Below are positions 11,169 to 22,437 of a stretch of 64,000 bases of DNA, in pieces. Source of the stretch: Synechococcus sp. (GTDB lineage: Bacteria; Cyanobacteriota; Cyanobacteriia; PCC-6307; Cyanobiaceae); assembly GCA_047285535.1 (NCBI GenBank), contig JBJBDC010000001.1:416136-480135 (forward strand). The letters are read 5' to 3'. The number at the start of each line of letters is the position of its first letter. Position 1 is the first letter of the stretch. The notes under the pieces were generated by a model that ran no database searches, was not told the DNA's origin, and was given only the letters and a program-made list of their open reading frames with translations. Position numbers and translations under genes: made by a program.

Positions 11169-11873
11169 ATGGCTTCCCGTACGGAGTTAAAAGAGGACGC
11201 TCTCAAGTTGCTGATTGGCATTCTGCAGTCAGCAAAGGATCCTGAACATATTTTTAAGCATGCCAAATACTTATCTATTACAAACAAGTCAGAGCTTCAA
11301 CAGCAAGCTGTCAAACAGCTCTTGGATCATCCACATCTTCAACCTCTAATTGAGGAACGATTTGCCATCCCATGGCCCTCACTCGACCAGATGAGTGCGA
11401 TGCCAAAAGGGAGTCTTGGTTTTTGTATGCAGCAAAGACAGAGAAGCCTGGGCATTGATCTGCTACCAATACCATCACCAACAACGGACAACAAGGAGGA
11501 TTATGTCTTGTATAGAAGCGGAATATGTCATGATCTCCTCCATCTCGTTCTAGGTCTACCGAACACTGTGGCTGGAGAAGCAGCAGCTAGCGCTTATAAC
11601 TCAATTACAAAAAAGATGCCACTCCACGTAGGAGCATTAGCTATGTGGTTAACCCACGGTCTCATTGAGCCAGAGGAGCATCGAATGATCTGGGAAGGAA
11701 TTTGTTTCGGAGCCAGAATTGGTTTTGATGGGCTTTTGTTAGATGCTTATCGATGGGAAGAGGGATGGGAAAGGCCATTAGAAGAATGGAGAGCTGAATT
11801 AGGTCTTCTTCCTCTACTGGAACAGTCTCCTTTTCAGGATGAAGTTCATCGCTGGGAGGTGCTTCCTTCCTAA
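11169..11873 (+). CDS. Coq4-family protein
   Basis: PKGSLG, HDLLHLVLG...GEA, RWEEGWERPLEEWRAELG. Confidence 0.8.
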   Translation: MASRTELKEDALKLLIGILQSAKDPEHIFKHAKYLSITNKSELQQQAVKQLLDHPHLQPLIEERFAIPWPSLDQMSAMPKGSLGFCMQQRQRSLGIDLLPIPSPTTDNKEDYVLYRSGICHDLLHLVLGLPNTVAGEAAASAYNSITKKMPLHVGALAMWLTHGLIEPEEHRMIWEGICFGARIGFDGLLLDAYRWEEGWERPLEEWRAELGLLPLLEQSPFQDEVHRWEVLPS

Positions 11874-12129
11874 GAACTCAATCTCAACGCCTTAGCTTTT
11901 AGACACCTATCTTCAGTGGTCGCAGAAGGAGTTGATTCGCTATTACCTATCACTGGCACCAATCCAGGTTGTACAACCTCATCTAGTGAATATTGGTTGA
12001 TAAGATTTAAGTAATCGATGGAAGGATTAGAAGAGAAGGTCAATAACATTTTGGACACTTAATCAGTGACGCCGCCACCAAAATCCACAACTACGCCAAA
12101 GAAAAAGGCATTTTCCAGGAGGAAGACTG

Positions 12130-12468
12130 ATGTTTCTTGCTGCCCTTGCCTCTGTCTTTATCGCCTCTTGCTACGACGGCGACACATGCCGAACGAGCAC
12201 AGGAGAAAAGATCAGGCTGGCTTGTATCGACACTCCCGAATTGCGAGGCAAGCGTGCTGATCCAGTGCCAGCCAAAGCAGCCCGTGATTACTTGCGTTCT
12301 CTTGTTGTTGGTCGGGATGTTGGCATCAGGCGCATCACCAAAGACAGGTATGGGCGCACCGTTGCAGAGCTTTTTGTGAATGGCTCCAACGTTCAGCAGC
12401 GAATGGTGGCCTCCAGCCATGCTCAGATCTATTGGCGATACGCCAGCCAATGTCCTTGGACCCGTTGA
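12130..12468 (+). CDS. Thermonuclease (SNase-like) protein
   Basis: DGDT, IRLACIDTPE, DRYGRTVA. Confidence 0.88.
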   Translation: MFLAALASVFIASCYDGDTCRTSTGEKIRLACIDTPELRGKRADPVPAKAARDYLRSLVVGRDVGIRRITKDRYGRTVAELFVNGSNVQQRMVASSHAQIYWRYASQCPWTR

Positions 12469-12487
12469 ATTACACCCGCTAACAACA

Positions 12488-12844
12488 ATGATCCTCACCA
12501 CACTCGCCGCAGCAGCACTAGCCATCGGTTCACTGCTGCCCCCCGCTCTGGCTGACAGCACGAAGGCTTGGTGTGCTCTGACCTGGATTGACGCCAGCAA
12601 GGGATTTCAACCCCCCGGAAAAACGATCAAAGGTCCATGTACCTTCCGTCAGCATCAAGGCAATGCCTATGTGGATGACTTCAACTGCTACAAGTTCGTC
12701 TTCCCGACATCTGAAGAAGGCAAGACCTACACAGTGGCAAGGGCAGCTACTTGGATCACCTTCAATCGCGAAGACCAGTACAGCCTGAATGTGTTCTGGA
12801 AGAATCCAGTCCCTGGTCAGGCGGGTGATCCCTGCCCTTCTTAG
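12488..12844 (+). CDS. Secreted hypothetical protein
   Basis: MILTTLAAAALAIGSLLPPALA signal peptide. Confidence 0.65.
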   Translation: MILTTLAAAALAIGSLLPPALADSTKAWCALTWIDASKGFQPPGKTIKGPCTFRQHQGNAYVDDFNCYKFVFPTSEEGKTYTVARAATWITFNREDQYSLNVFWKNPVPGQAGDPCPS

Positions 12845-13211
12845 ATGTCAGCACCATCGGCACATTTGATTAAACCCCGCCATTAAATCGTTGAAAATCA
12901 TTACCGCAGCTGCGCTGACCATCGGTTTGCCCCTGTTGTTTGTGTTAAGGGCCCAAGTCGTAAAAAGGTAAAAAAGATAGAAATGTTCAAGAGCTACATA
13001 ATAATATGGAAAATAGAAGCTGAGACTGTATGGTCAAAATAATTAGTCTATTGATTTCGCGATAGCTACGACATTGTGATACATACTGCCGGCCGTGCCC
13101 CTTTATTGCTCAAGCCATCCAATAACAACAACATTAAAAGCTTATCTAATGGCTGACTCTGTAAGGCACTACCCGGTTAATATTTTAGCGGCAAAGTCAG
13201 AACGATATTGG

Positions 13212-13922
13212 CTAAGGGATTTGAATTGTGAATCCTTCTTTTGTGTTTTTACGATTGTTGCTTACCCATTTGCATTTAGCTCCTGTCAACGTATTTTCGT
13301 TCAATTTAATTTCTACAAAGTTCTCAGCATTGCAGTCCGTGGCATCGATTTCTCCTACATTAAGCAGGCCAATAAAAGGCTCCTTAGACCATTTATTTTC
13401 CCTGCTGTCGCTAAAACGATATCTTTTCATGGGGATTCGCTTGAATAAGCCGATACTTTCGAAAAGTCCATTTCCTCCGGCGTTTCGTGTAATGTATACA
13501 ACGTCAATTCCACTTTTAGACTTACCGATATATGCATATTCAGTAAAGCCCCGCAGAAGACTCGTGTCAAAGTTGTCATTCATCCCCCAAGGGTAATCAT
13601 AGCGTGCGCATTGCTTGCTTTTTTTCACTGGGGATAAACCACAAATACTATTCTCTTTTGGATAGGGGGTAAATCTTCCTTTTGAGAGGCTTGTCTGGCA
13701 CGCATTGAGGTTTAAAATATCATTAATGCCTTGATCTTCAGGTTGAGTAAGGTATGGCGTAAATTCAAGGCGAGAACTAAGATCGAGGCAAAGCGGATTT
13801 ATAGGCTGCCCATTAATTGTAAAAGTATCATCCTTAGCTGCTTTGCAAGATGCGGTGGTTGCAATTCCTACGACTAAAGCAATGGCACATGAAAGTTGTT
13901 TTGACATAAATCTAGCGACCAA
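13212..13922 (-). CDS. Secreted hypothetical protein
   Basis: 236-aa AT-rich ORF with N-terminal signal-like segment. Confidence 0.6.
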   Translation of the reverse strand: MVARFMSKQLSCAIALVVGIATTASCKAAKDDTFTINGQPINPLCLDLSSRLEFTPYLTQPEDQGINDILNLNACQTSLSKGRFTPYPKENSICGLSPVKKSKQCARYDYPWGMNDNFDTSLLRGFTEYAYIGKSKSGIDVVYITRNAGGNGLFESIGLFKRIPMKRYRFSDSRENKWSKEPFIGLLNVGEIDATDCNAENFVEIKLNENTLTGAKCKWVSNNRKNTKEGFTIQIP

Positions 13923-14212
13923 AAGCTTTATTTTTGATCATAAATAATTATGAGTTTTGCATTATGAGATTACTTAAATTGCACACATATATTCACGGCT
14001 TCAAATCCCATTCTCTAAGCTAATCCGCTAAGGCCACGGGCCTAGGTGACCTCATCGCTAAGTCGCACCTGAGCGCCGTGTAGCTCGAGGATCCGGGCCT
14101 GCTACGAACGCAGGTCATCGGCGGGCATAACCAGGAGAGTGGCAGCAATTTCAGGCGAAAGTCAGAGGTAACTGCTTAAAGCATTCGCCTTTGTGATTCA
14201 ACCAACAGCAGG

Positions 14213-14318
14213 CAAGCCTCCTGCGAACGGTGGTGCGGCTGATGCCCATGTGGTCAGCGATGCGTTGTTGGCTCCAGCCTTGGCGGCGGAGACGCTTGTA
14301 GAGTTGAGTCTGTGAGCC
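14213..14318 (-). pseudogene. Helix-turn-helix gene fragment
   Basis: KRLRRQGWSQQRIADHMGISRTTVRRRLA; no native 5' end evident. Confidence 0.55.
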
Positions 14319-14334
14319 AGAAAAAAAGTTAGGC

Positions 14335-14883
14335 TTGTTAAATGATTTCATAACTGAAGAGGTAATCTTCATGTCATATCCAACTCGAACACGTACGTTT
14401 ACTAAAAAGTGTAACTCTGGTGTCACAGTGACCTGCGAGCAAAAACAGGAAAATCGTGCTTGGGGGTGGATTCGCGGGTTGTTTTCATGGTGGGTGGATG
14501 TCGGTACTCCTGAGTGCGAAAATTGTCCCAAAGGCCCTTATCCAAAGGACAGGGTTGTTACGATCTGCTGCACGGCAGGTGCAAAGGTTAAAACCGAGCA
14601 ACGTGCAACTGGTCCGGGCCCGGTCGGTTCACTTGGCTATCTAATTGAAGCTATATCCCCACTTAAATTCAGTGACCTCATTGGTCCAACTCCGATCATA
14701 GTGGGCTTTACTGGTTTAATGCCTTGCATTAAAGTAAATGCTGAGGTACTTGATAAATTAATCGAGAATATGGAGGAGGCGGAAAAGGATGGGCGTTCTG
14801 GCCTTATGAGTCGCAGTCAAGTGCAAACGCAGCAGGAGGCCATCAAATGCCTCAAAAAAGTGAAAAAGAATCTCAATTGGTAG
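14335..14883 (+). CDS. Hypothetical Cys-containing protein
   Basis: 182-aa ORF, probable ATG 14371. Confidence 0.55.
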   Translation: MLNDFITEEVIFMSYPTRTRTFTKKCNSGVTVTCEQKQENRAWGWIRGLFSWWVDVGTPECENCPKGPYPKDRVVTICCTAGAKVKTEQRATGPGPVGSLGYLIEAISPLKFSDLIGPTPIIVGFTGLMPCIKVNAEVLDKLIENMEEAEKDGRSGLMSRSQVQTQQEAIKCLKKVKKNLNW

Positions 14884-15397
14884 TTCATACACTATCTATT
14901 ACTGATGTTGTATGGAGCCTAACAAAGTTATAAACACGGACGTCAAAAAGCTGTGCCGCTTGTTCCTCGCTATGTAACTTTTTGCCTCCGGTTACGGCAG
15001 GCGATGATGGCCAGTGATGGCTTCAACGCTGGTTACAACGCCGCAACAAACGCGCTAAAGCGTGATCACGAGTTAGTGGACTTGCTCCTCAGCTCGGAGG
15101 TTCATGTGATCCTCGGACATAGCTCTTCCCGCTTCCTGTTCTGAAAACAGTGAGCCACCGCTGCGCTTGATCGGTAAGCAAATATTGCCAGGATCGTTTT
15201 TCTTGGTAACACCAAGCTGCAGCATGCGAGCTTCGATAATCGTTTGTTATTTCATTTCTTTGCCTTCTTGTTGATTTTGAGTCCTGCTACTGCTCTTAAT
15301 CCTGCCTCGCAATGACTGCAAACTCGTGATCCTTTAGGCGCTAACAGCATTTTCTCAGGCCATCCGCTTTTTCGTCTTGTAGTAACAGCACCAACAG

Positions 15398-16162
15398 TTA
15401 GTCCAGCAGCTTTAGCAGCGTCTGATTGACACATGCGCTATTGATTGTGTCATCAACAAATGTCATCCAATTATCTGCTGAATTAAATATCGCATAGATT
15501 TGATCATCTCCTTGGGTCGCTTGCCCAAATGCCATCAAATCTTTAATCTTGACTTCTCCTTCAATATCGTCAAAGCCATCGCCATTATGGTCTTCTATAT
15601 CGACCTTAAATTCACCTTTCTTTGTCATGAACTGAGCACCAGCTGTCGCATCGTCAGACGAGGAGAAGAAGATCGATTCCGATGAATCGTCTGTGAAATT
15701 AGTGTTTTCATCTCCAAAGAGAACAACTTCAATCTTGCCTTTCCCTTTAGAGAGTTTGACCTTCCCGTCCCATTCCATGGTTCCAGTCAGTGGATCAATG
15801 GCTGCATCCCAATCCCCAGCAGCATCAGAGGACTCAGACTCAGCCACACCAGAATCAGGCCTAGCAGCTTCATCAGCTTCAACCGCAGGAGGCGCAGGAG
15901 CCTCAGGAGCTACAAATTGATCTCCGCTATCGCTATAAATTGCAGCTGTAAGAGCATTGATGACATTGTCATCGACTTCTTGAGCAACAAAACCTGCAGT
16001 AATCGCTGGTTCGCCGATTTCAGCAGATTGAGTGGCAATTATAAATGGGCCAGCATTATCAGATGATGCGGTAATTGCATCGTCAGCGATAAATCCAACA
16101 TCACCAACAATTGGTCTTATGACAAGGCCAAACGAACCTGAAACTGCTGGAGACTCCAGCAC
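15398..16162 (-). CDS. Acidic surface-protein-like ORF, probably 5'-truncated
   Basis: Asp/Ala-rich, DHNGDGFDD Ca-binding-like motif, in-frame stop just upstream. Confidence 0.5.
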   Translation of the reverse strand: MLESPAVSGSFGLVIRPIVGDVGFIADDAITASSDNAGPFIIATQSAEIGEPAITAGFVAQEVDDNVINALTAAIYSDSGDQFVAPEAPAPPAVEADEAARPDSGVAESESSDAAGDWDAAIDPLTGTMEWDGKVKLSKGKGKIEVVLFGDENTNFTDDSSESIFFSSSDDATAGAQFMTKKGEFKVDIEDHNGDGFDDIEGEVKIKDLMAFGQATQGDDQIYAIFNSADNWMTFVDDTINSACVNQTLLKLLD

Positions 16163-16274
16163 CTTATGTGGGGGAGCTGAGAAGTTGAGCCATATTTACC
16201 GGTATCGCCTTAGATGCTGCACTGCCCTCTACTGAGATCGTTACTGGCGCACCGGAGTTTTTGTCAACACTTAG

Positions 16275-17150
16275 TCAGAACTGAGTTTGACGTTGAAGGC
16301 CCAGAATCTCGTAGTAGCCATCTGGCAGAGGCAGGCCCTGCCGGCGGGCGTCAAGCTCTACCGCACGGCGGAAGGCAGGCAATGTTTCATTCCAGCTGAT
16401 TAGACGATCACCACGGGCGAAGCTGAGCCGCTCCAAACCAAATCCCGCATTGCGTACAGCAGCGGCACGGTCATCAGTCAGAGTGATTTCGCCTATTTCC
16501 AGTTCGCTGCCGTCAGCAAGGAGATATTCAAGCGAAAGCGTGTTGAAGGAGGGGGTGCGAGGATGCCCCTTGGGTTCGAAGTATCCGGAGCCAGTCCCTA
16601 GAGCTCGGGCTTTGTCCCAGTCCACCAGGCGTAACTGCGACTCGACCAAGCCATGCTTAGCAAGAAAAGGCACTAGAAAAAGGGCCTTTTCAGTCCCTGT
16701 GAATCGCATCCGATTGGGCTCTAGACCAAGATGACGAATCAAGAAATTGAAGGTCTGATCCAGAGGAAGTAAGCCCTTGGGGTCTTTGCTCTGATCAAAG
16801 TTGATGATGTGAAACAGCGGCAGAACACCAATCCTGTCCTTCTGCTTGATGTCCTCTACTCGCGCCGCTGGCTGAATCACAAACCGCCCAGCAAGGCTTC
16901 CCTGGATTTCATCGTCAAACTGCAGACCGCCATTGAAGGCATCTTCTGTCACCAGAGGAAGAGGGGCCGTCAGCCGGTAACCCCGTTGCTGGAGATGCTG
17001 AGCGAGTTCATCAGCCAATCGAAAAGTCTGAGGATTCAGCGTCGGCGGCAATTGCGCAGCATTAGCTGCTCTTGAGCGTCGAGGTAAACCAATTGACACT
17101 GCGCTAAGTCCTGAGAAGGCGGCAACTGCAAGAAAGGATCTGCGCAGCAT
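16275..17150 (-). CDS. Tat-signal protein resembling the alanyl-tRNA synthetase catalytic domain
   Basis: MLRRSFLAV twin-Arg signal; QPAARVEDI, FLIRHLGLEPNRMRFT, LEIGEI, AGFGLERLS. Confidence 0.6.
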   Translation of the reverse strand: MLRRSFLAVAAFSGLSAVSIGLPRRSRAANAAQLPPTLNPQTFRLADELAQHLQQRGYRLTAPLPLVTEDAFNGGLQFDDEIQGSLAGRFVIQPAARVEDIKQKDRIGVLPLFHIINFDQSKDPKGLLPLDQTFNFLIRHLGLEPNRMRFTGTEKALFLVPFLAKHGLVESQLRLVDWDKARALGTGSGYFEPKGHPRTPSFNTLSLEYLLADGSELEIGEITLTDDRAAAVRNAGFGLERLSFARGDRLISWNETLPAFRRAVELDARRQGLPLPDGYYEILGLQRQTQF

Positions 17151-18283
17151 CAAAGACACCGTGAAAGTTATGTAGCTCTAGCAACAACTGAGATCGTTGT
17201 CGGCTGGGCGAAGCTCCTTTGAGACCCTTGAGGAGGTGCGTCATCACCCCCGGGGGGAGAGGTCGGCTCAGCTTGGTGGCAGCACTATGAGCCAATGACT
17301 CTGACCTGTTCAATCGGTGGCTGTCTGGTGGCTTGCAAGACTTTGAAGAGACTGCCGTGGAGGTGCTGCTGCAGGACTGGCTTGACCCGTTCTTGACGGA
17401 AGCGGAGCAGGCCAGGCTCCTGGGTTGACACCTAGGTGTGAGTCTCTAACTAGATGGGGAGTGAGTCAGCGAAATAAATACCTCAGACTGGGGATGTGAA
17501 GAACAATGGCGTGATTATTCGATGAATTAAGCTATTTCTAACCAGGAATAGGCTTACTCATCTTATCTTTCGAAATTGGCGTTGGGATTCCCAAATCATG
17601 ACCTCCCAAAACATTTCCTTTTCTTTTGGGGCGTCAAACTCTTTGCAGCTGTCAATATTATCGGGTCGATTTATTTTCTCATGAGAATTGATGTATTAAC
17701 GGCAAGGATGCTCGAGTGCTGACGATGGCTGATTGCGTAGATCTTCTTGCAAGTTTGCCGGCATTTTAAGTTAATCTATCAGTTTTTTTTCTTTTTATTC
17801 TCATGTTTGTGATCTGGTTATGTAGATTGATATTGCACTGTCGTTTTCGTGGCGTCCATTGCTGACTGTCTTTGTAGAGTGGAACTAAACTTTGAACGAA
17901 AATCAATATAATGCCAATTGCAGAAACGGTCCACTCCCCCTCAGGCCTTCTTTTTCGGCTTTCAAATTCTGTAGAAAATTAGCACTATCTAAATGCTTAT
18001 GCTGGTATTCTCGTCATGCATGGTATGAGTTCGATGATCTGAATTCATGCTTTTCGGTATTTATTGCTGCTTGATCTGAAAGCCATAACTCTTCTGCCAG
18101 GCTTTTATTGATTGATTTAACTGTGTTCGACTTTCTTGCAATCTCTAGATATTTTGATTGTTTGGTTTTTGGGATCGGTGTTTCCCACTCTTTTTGGACA
18201 ATTTTTTCACTTCATTCCTGCTATGAGTTTACTATTAAGTTGCGAGTTGGATACTGAGATCACTCTCGTTTTTCATGGCGATG

Positions 18284-18388
18284 GGCTGAAAGCTATACAA
18301 AATCCGCAAGGGAAAAGTAGAGGGGCGTTGTGATTGTTGCTATCTATCTTCCGACAAAACTTCACCCCGCTTGAAGGCGGGGTTTCTG
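18284..18388 (+). repeat. Dispersed 80-100 nt repeat, copy 1 of 4 (others 23171-23245, 23529-23605, 24941-25045)
   Basis: Shared CTGAAAGCTA...CC-GNRA-GG...AGCAGGGG...CGCTATCTATCT...GACAAA. Confidence 0.8.
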
Positions 18389-18599
18389 CAGTCCAGATGG
18401 GCCTTCCTTCACCCCTGCACATGCTCCCAGCCGCTTTCGAGTAGCTCACGGCATCTAGGACGCGCAGCATCGTTCTCGGCTTGGCTGTGATTCATTGCCT
18501 CCAGCCGTTTCTGCTCATCCAGCAGGCACCCGCACCGAGCAGCCAGCGCAGCTGTCTCGACCTCACCCTTGGACCTCCGCGTGGGGCATCGTTTGGCCA

Positions 18600-18950
18600 T
18601 CAGTAGATCCGGACCCCGCTTGGCCCCAACCGCCAGGGCGTCAGCCCCTTGCTGATGGCGATTTTTGTGTAGCCGAGCGCGTCCGCCATGGGGCCGTGCT
18701 CCGACGCTGGATCATGGACTAACAGCCGCGGTTCGAACTCCAGGTATTTCAGTGATCGGATCAGCCGGCGACACTTCGGATCCGCCGGCAACCGGCGCGA
18801 GCTATCGGCCGCCAGGATCATCAGCCGGGTGGCGTTGACCTTGTCGAGGATTGCCTAGGCGGCTCGGGGGCTCTGGACGCTGAAACCGACGACGTCCTTC
18901 AGGATTGCCTGATCGGACAGGCCAAGCGATGAGGTCTGTTTTCTCGAGCC
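18600..18950 (-). pseudogene. Phage terminase large subunit C-terminal relic
   Basis: DQAILKDVVGFSVQSPRAA*AILDKVNAT...DPKCRRLIRSLKYLEF...MADALGY resembles the TerL nuclease domain; contains a stop. Confidence 0.6.
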
Positions 18951-19179
18951 AGTCGGATCAGGCCAGCAGAGGATCAGACGCTGCTGGTAGCGGCTGCGCA
19001 CCTCTAGGGCCATCTCCCGGGTGTCGGCCTACATCAGCACGATCTGCTCCAGCGCCTCCATATGGTCCCCCTGCAGATGCATCAGACAGGCGCAGAACGG
19101 TGATTGGTTGAAAAGTAAAATGGGCTAAAATTCAAAGTAAATCGTTTCAATTTGCCTTATCCATTTCTATTCAAAAAAT

Positions 19180-19545
19180 GTGAAATTACTCATTCTGATC
19201 CTTGTATCAATATATGGTCTTCCTTCTAGTGGCTTTGGCGGAAATTTTATGGAGGACAATAGAAAAGATAATGATACAATCAATAAAGCAACAAGCTATC
19301 CTGTATTTCATGCTAAATGCATGGAGAAAGAAATGACTATGTGGGGTGAAGTTGCAGAGCTGATGGTTGATCTGTCAACGTCCCATTGCTACTGTAAATA
19401 CGCTGAATTGCAAAATAGTGGCAATTATAGCGCGGAAAGTCAAGACATTGCAGCATCAAGTTGCTATCGCCAAGCAACAATGGACAAAAAGGCTGAATTC
19501 ATTTGGTGGGCTCTGCCATTACACAGAAAGAAAATGAGAGAATAA
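19180..19545 (+). CDS. Secreted hypothetical protein
   Basis: Hydrophobic N-terminus, CxC motif. Confidence 0.55.
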   Translation: MKLLILILVSIYGLPSSGFGGNFMEDNRKDNDTINKATSYPVFHAKCMEKEMTMWGEVAELMVDLSTSHCYCKYAELQNSGNYSAESQDIAASSCYRQATMDKKAEFIWWALPLHRKKMRE

Positions 19546-20283
19546 AGATTATGCCTAAATGCATTCTTCCATCAAGTTCTACGCCAATGTAGGTTCAGGT
19601 GCTATTTACTGATGGGAATATTCCCTGAGTGATCAGATATTGAGGTCTGCCCTAACCACCTTGTGCTCACGCACGACCGCCCCACATACCAATTCAGGGA
19701 TCTCGTTCAGATGAAACCAAAGCAATAGAGGCACGACGATCCATTCAGCCGTTTTCGAGCTGGGTAACGGTCATCACGACAATGAAAAGTCGCGGGAGCA
19801 TCGCTCGAATTCCATAATTGGGTGGATTTATAAGTTCCCATCGATCAAGCCAAAATCAACAACTGGAAAACCATTGCAGTAAAGATGGAAGCGAGTGCAG
19901 ACAACGAAAGCTGGTTTTATCTCCGTGCCCTAGCAATTGCTGTGGCGAATCAATAGGTGCACTCGGTTCTGTACGAACCATGCTGGAGGCAGCAGTGGAA
20001 TCCTGAGAAGGTTCTTAGCAAGCTCTAACAGTTCTTTTGTGTACGGATCAAATAAGTGAGAGATGGTGAATACATCGGAGGGAGGACCTTTTCACACTTT
20101 CAAGCAATGAAGCTCTCAAATTCTTGTGGACAGTATTGCTGCTCTGCTGTTTTGCAGCATCTTTTATAAAGTCACCTATTGACGAATAAGTATGAAATTT
20201 TTCAAGATAAAATTTCAAGCGATTTGGGTTTCTAAGCGGTAAATCGTTCAACTGCTACCACCAATCAATTACTCAAACCAATT

Positions 20284-20844
20284 GTGGCTACTACTCGAAA
20301 GAAAAAATTAACTCTTCCACAGGTTGAATCTCTAATTAATGAGTTGCTTTTGCCAGGGAATAGCACCTTTGATGCATTGCTTTCATTTGGAGAGCTAGTT
20401 AATGGGGGACCGTTTAAACAGCCTCCTAAGCCAAAAGCAAAATCATTGACAATGTCAGTCGCCAAAAAAGCTGTTTTGTAGAAGTTTAAATGCTCTACGG
20501 TGACTGAGCTTCGCAAAAACAAAACTTTCACTATGTCAATGACTGGTGAAAACATACGTCTTAAAACCAAGGATGATTGGATAAAGCTTTATCGACGCTG
20601 GGTTTCTGTCCCTGAGTCTGACCGAAGTAAAACTGGACCAACGTGCATTAATGGGATTGATGTGCTTGAAAACTTAAGGCCCTGGCATGTTTTCGGCTTG
20701 GATCCAAAGATTGCCACTGCCGAAGATGTCAAATCATCATTCCGTGAGCTTGTGAAATCTCACCATCCCGATGCGGGCGGAGATGAGCGTGTCTTTTGCA
20801 AGCTTCAAAAGATGCGCGATTCAGTTCTTGCAATGATGAATTAG
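20284..20844 (+). pseudogene. J-domain protein interrupted by in-frame TAG (20479-20481)
   Basis: Two ORF-track pieces share a frame; C-terminal PWHVFGL...HHPDAGG J-domain. Confidence 0.75.
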
Positions 20845-20854
20845 GAGATTATTT

Positions 20855-21892
20855 ATGCCACGTGATTTATTAACCGATAGGGAAACTGCAAAGGTTCTTG
20901 GCAAGAGGATCAACACTCTTTATAAGGCTGTTGATTTCTTTGATTCAGACGACAAAGACGAATGGGATCTGATCGAGGGAGAATATTTTGAATTTACAAC
21001 TCGATCAGGCGATTATCGTGAACGTCGATTTTATGAAGAGGGTGTCGAGGCGCTCGCCGAATACTTTGATCGTAATACACCAGGGCTCATCAAACTTGTA
21101 GCCGAAGCTTTAACTCATCGCCGACGAAGGCGTAAGCAAATGCTTGTTTCGAGACGTATTACCCAGGAATTAATTGAATCTGATTCAATGCTTGATGTGC
21201 GTGGTGAGCTTGGATTTGTTGGACGCAAAACCTGTATTAATGTTCTTCAGACTAACGGTCGCGGCATTAATAACTCCATTCAAAGACTTGTTCAGTCAGG
21301 ACGGCTGGATGGTGAAGAGGGACTTGAACTAGATAAACACTTTTTGCTACGCGAAGACGGAGAAAAAATTTGGAGCCAAAAAGGTTTGGCAAGTATGGCT
21401 ATCGATATGTGCCATAACTCAAGTATCACTAAAGCGCGCAAAGCATGGGTGGGAGCAGTAGGTGAAGTGGTGGAAGATTGCTTCAAAATAGAAATTAAAC
21501 GACTCGCTGCAGCACCGCTCAGGATCGACAAAGCAATCGCTAAGGCTAAAAGAGCTGCACGGGATACTTGCCAAGTGACTGGTAAGAAAAAAGCAAGAGG
21601 TAGAGATCTGTCGCTTGATGGTCATCATCTTTTTGACAAATCCAATCGCTCTGATCTTGCTGATTTCTCTGATAATATTTTGGTTGTTGAGTCTTCAATA
21701 CATTCTGATTTCCACTCATGGAAGGCTGGTTCCGGTTGTGAGCCTAAGGACTTTTTGAATTTTAGTTCTGAAATTCGAAGTGATCTGTTTGACTCCAGCA
21801 ATAGGCGATCAATGGATAGGTTCAATAGTCTGACTGTAAGGCTTACGCAGCTTCAGAAGATCTATGAAAATAATCATCTTCGCTATCATTAA
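20855..21892 (+). CDS. Putative DNA-binding protein with C-terminal HNH nuclease domain
   Basis: AGGAG RBS; CQVTG...LDGHHLF...NILVV...IHSDFH. Confidence 0.7.
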   Translation: MPRDLLTDRETAKVLGKRINTLYKAVDFFDSDDKDEWDLIEGEYFEFTTRSGDYRERRFYEEGVEALAEYFDRNTPGLIKLVAEALTHRRRRRKQMLVSRRITQELIESDSMLDVRGELGFVGRKTCINVLQTNGRGINNSIQRLVQSGRLDGEEGLELDKHFLLREDGEKIWSQKGLASMAIDMCHNSSITKARKAWVGAVGEVVEDCFKIEIKRLAAAPLRIDKAIAKAKRAARDTCQVTGKKKARGRDLSLDGHHLFDKSNRSDLADFSDNILVVESSIHSDFHSWKAGSGCEPKDFLNFSSEIRSDLFDSSNRRSMDRFNSLTVRLTQLQKIYENNHLRYH

Positions 21893-21957
21893 GCAGCGCT
21901 CAAGGTTGAATGAGACTAACTATTAAGTCTTATTTTTGATTATTCTATCTTTGGCTA

Positions 21958-22437
21958 TCAAAAAGAAAAACCAGCCCCGTATAAAACCTTATGAGTGGCG
22001 AGAGGGATCGTCTTGCAATGGCCAAACTTGGAAGCAAACAGAGGCTTTCCATTTTTCATCCCTAACGACTTCGTCGTGGTTTTGAGGGTGCTCAAATCGA
22101 CGATGAAATCGCTGCCAACTGGCGGGTTGAGAGCAGTCAACACACGCTCCCCATCCTGCTTACTCCACTCACCAACGCGGGTTTCGATCACAAAGCTGTT
22201 GCCCTTGATCCGACCCTTAGTTTTTACCGAAAAACGATCCACAGCTTGCGGCGTATAAACATTGTCTGGCTGGACATGGTGATAGAGCTGTCCCGTCTGA
22301 CGATCAAAAACAGGCGCGCGATGCACCGACTCCCCTGTGCACTCCAGTCGCATCAGCGACGGTGCACTGCTGCAACCACTGAGGACGACAGCTAGCAGAA
22401 GCATTGGAGAACAATTTTGCAGATCCAATGGGTGCAT
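21958..22437 (-). CDS. Hypothetical lipoprotein
   Basis: LLLAVVLSGC lipobox. Confidence 0.6.
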   Translation of the reverse strand: MHPLDLQNCSPMLLLAVVLSGCSSAPSLMRLECTGESVHRAPVFDRQTGQLYHHVQPDNVYTPQAVDRFSVKTKGRIKGNSFVIETRVGEWSKQDGERVLTALNPPVGSDFIVDLSTLKTTTKSLGMKNGKPLFASKFGHCKTIPLATHKVLYGAGFSF

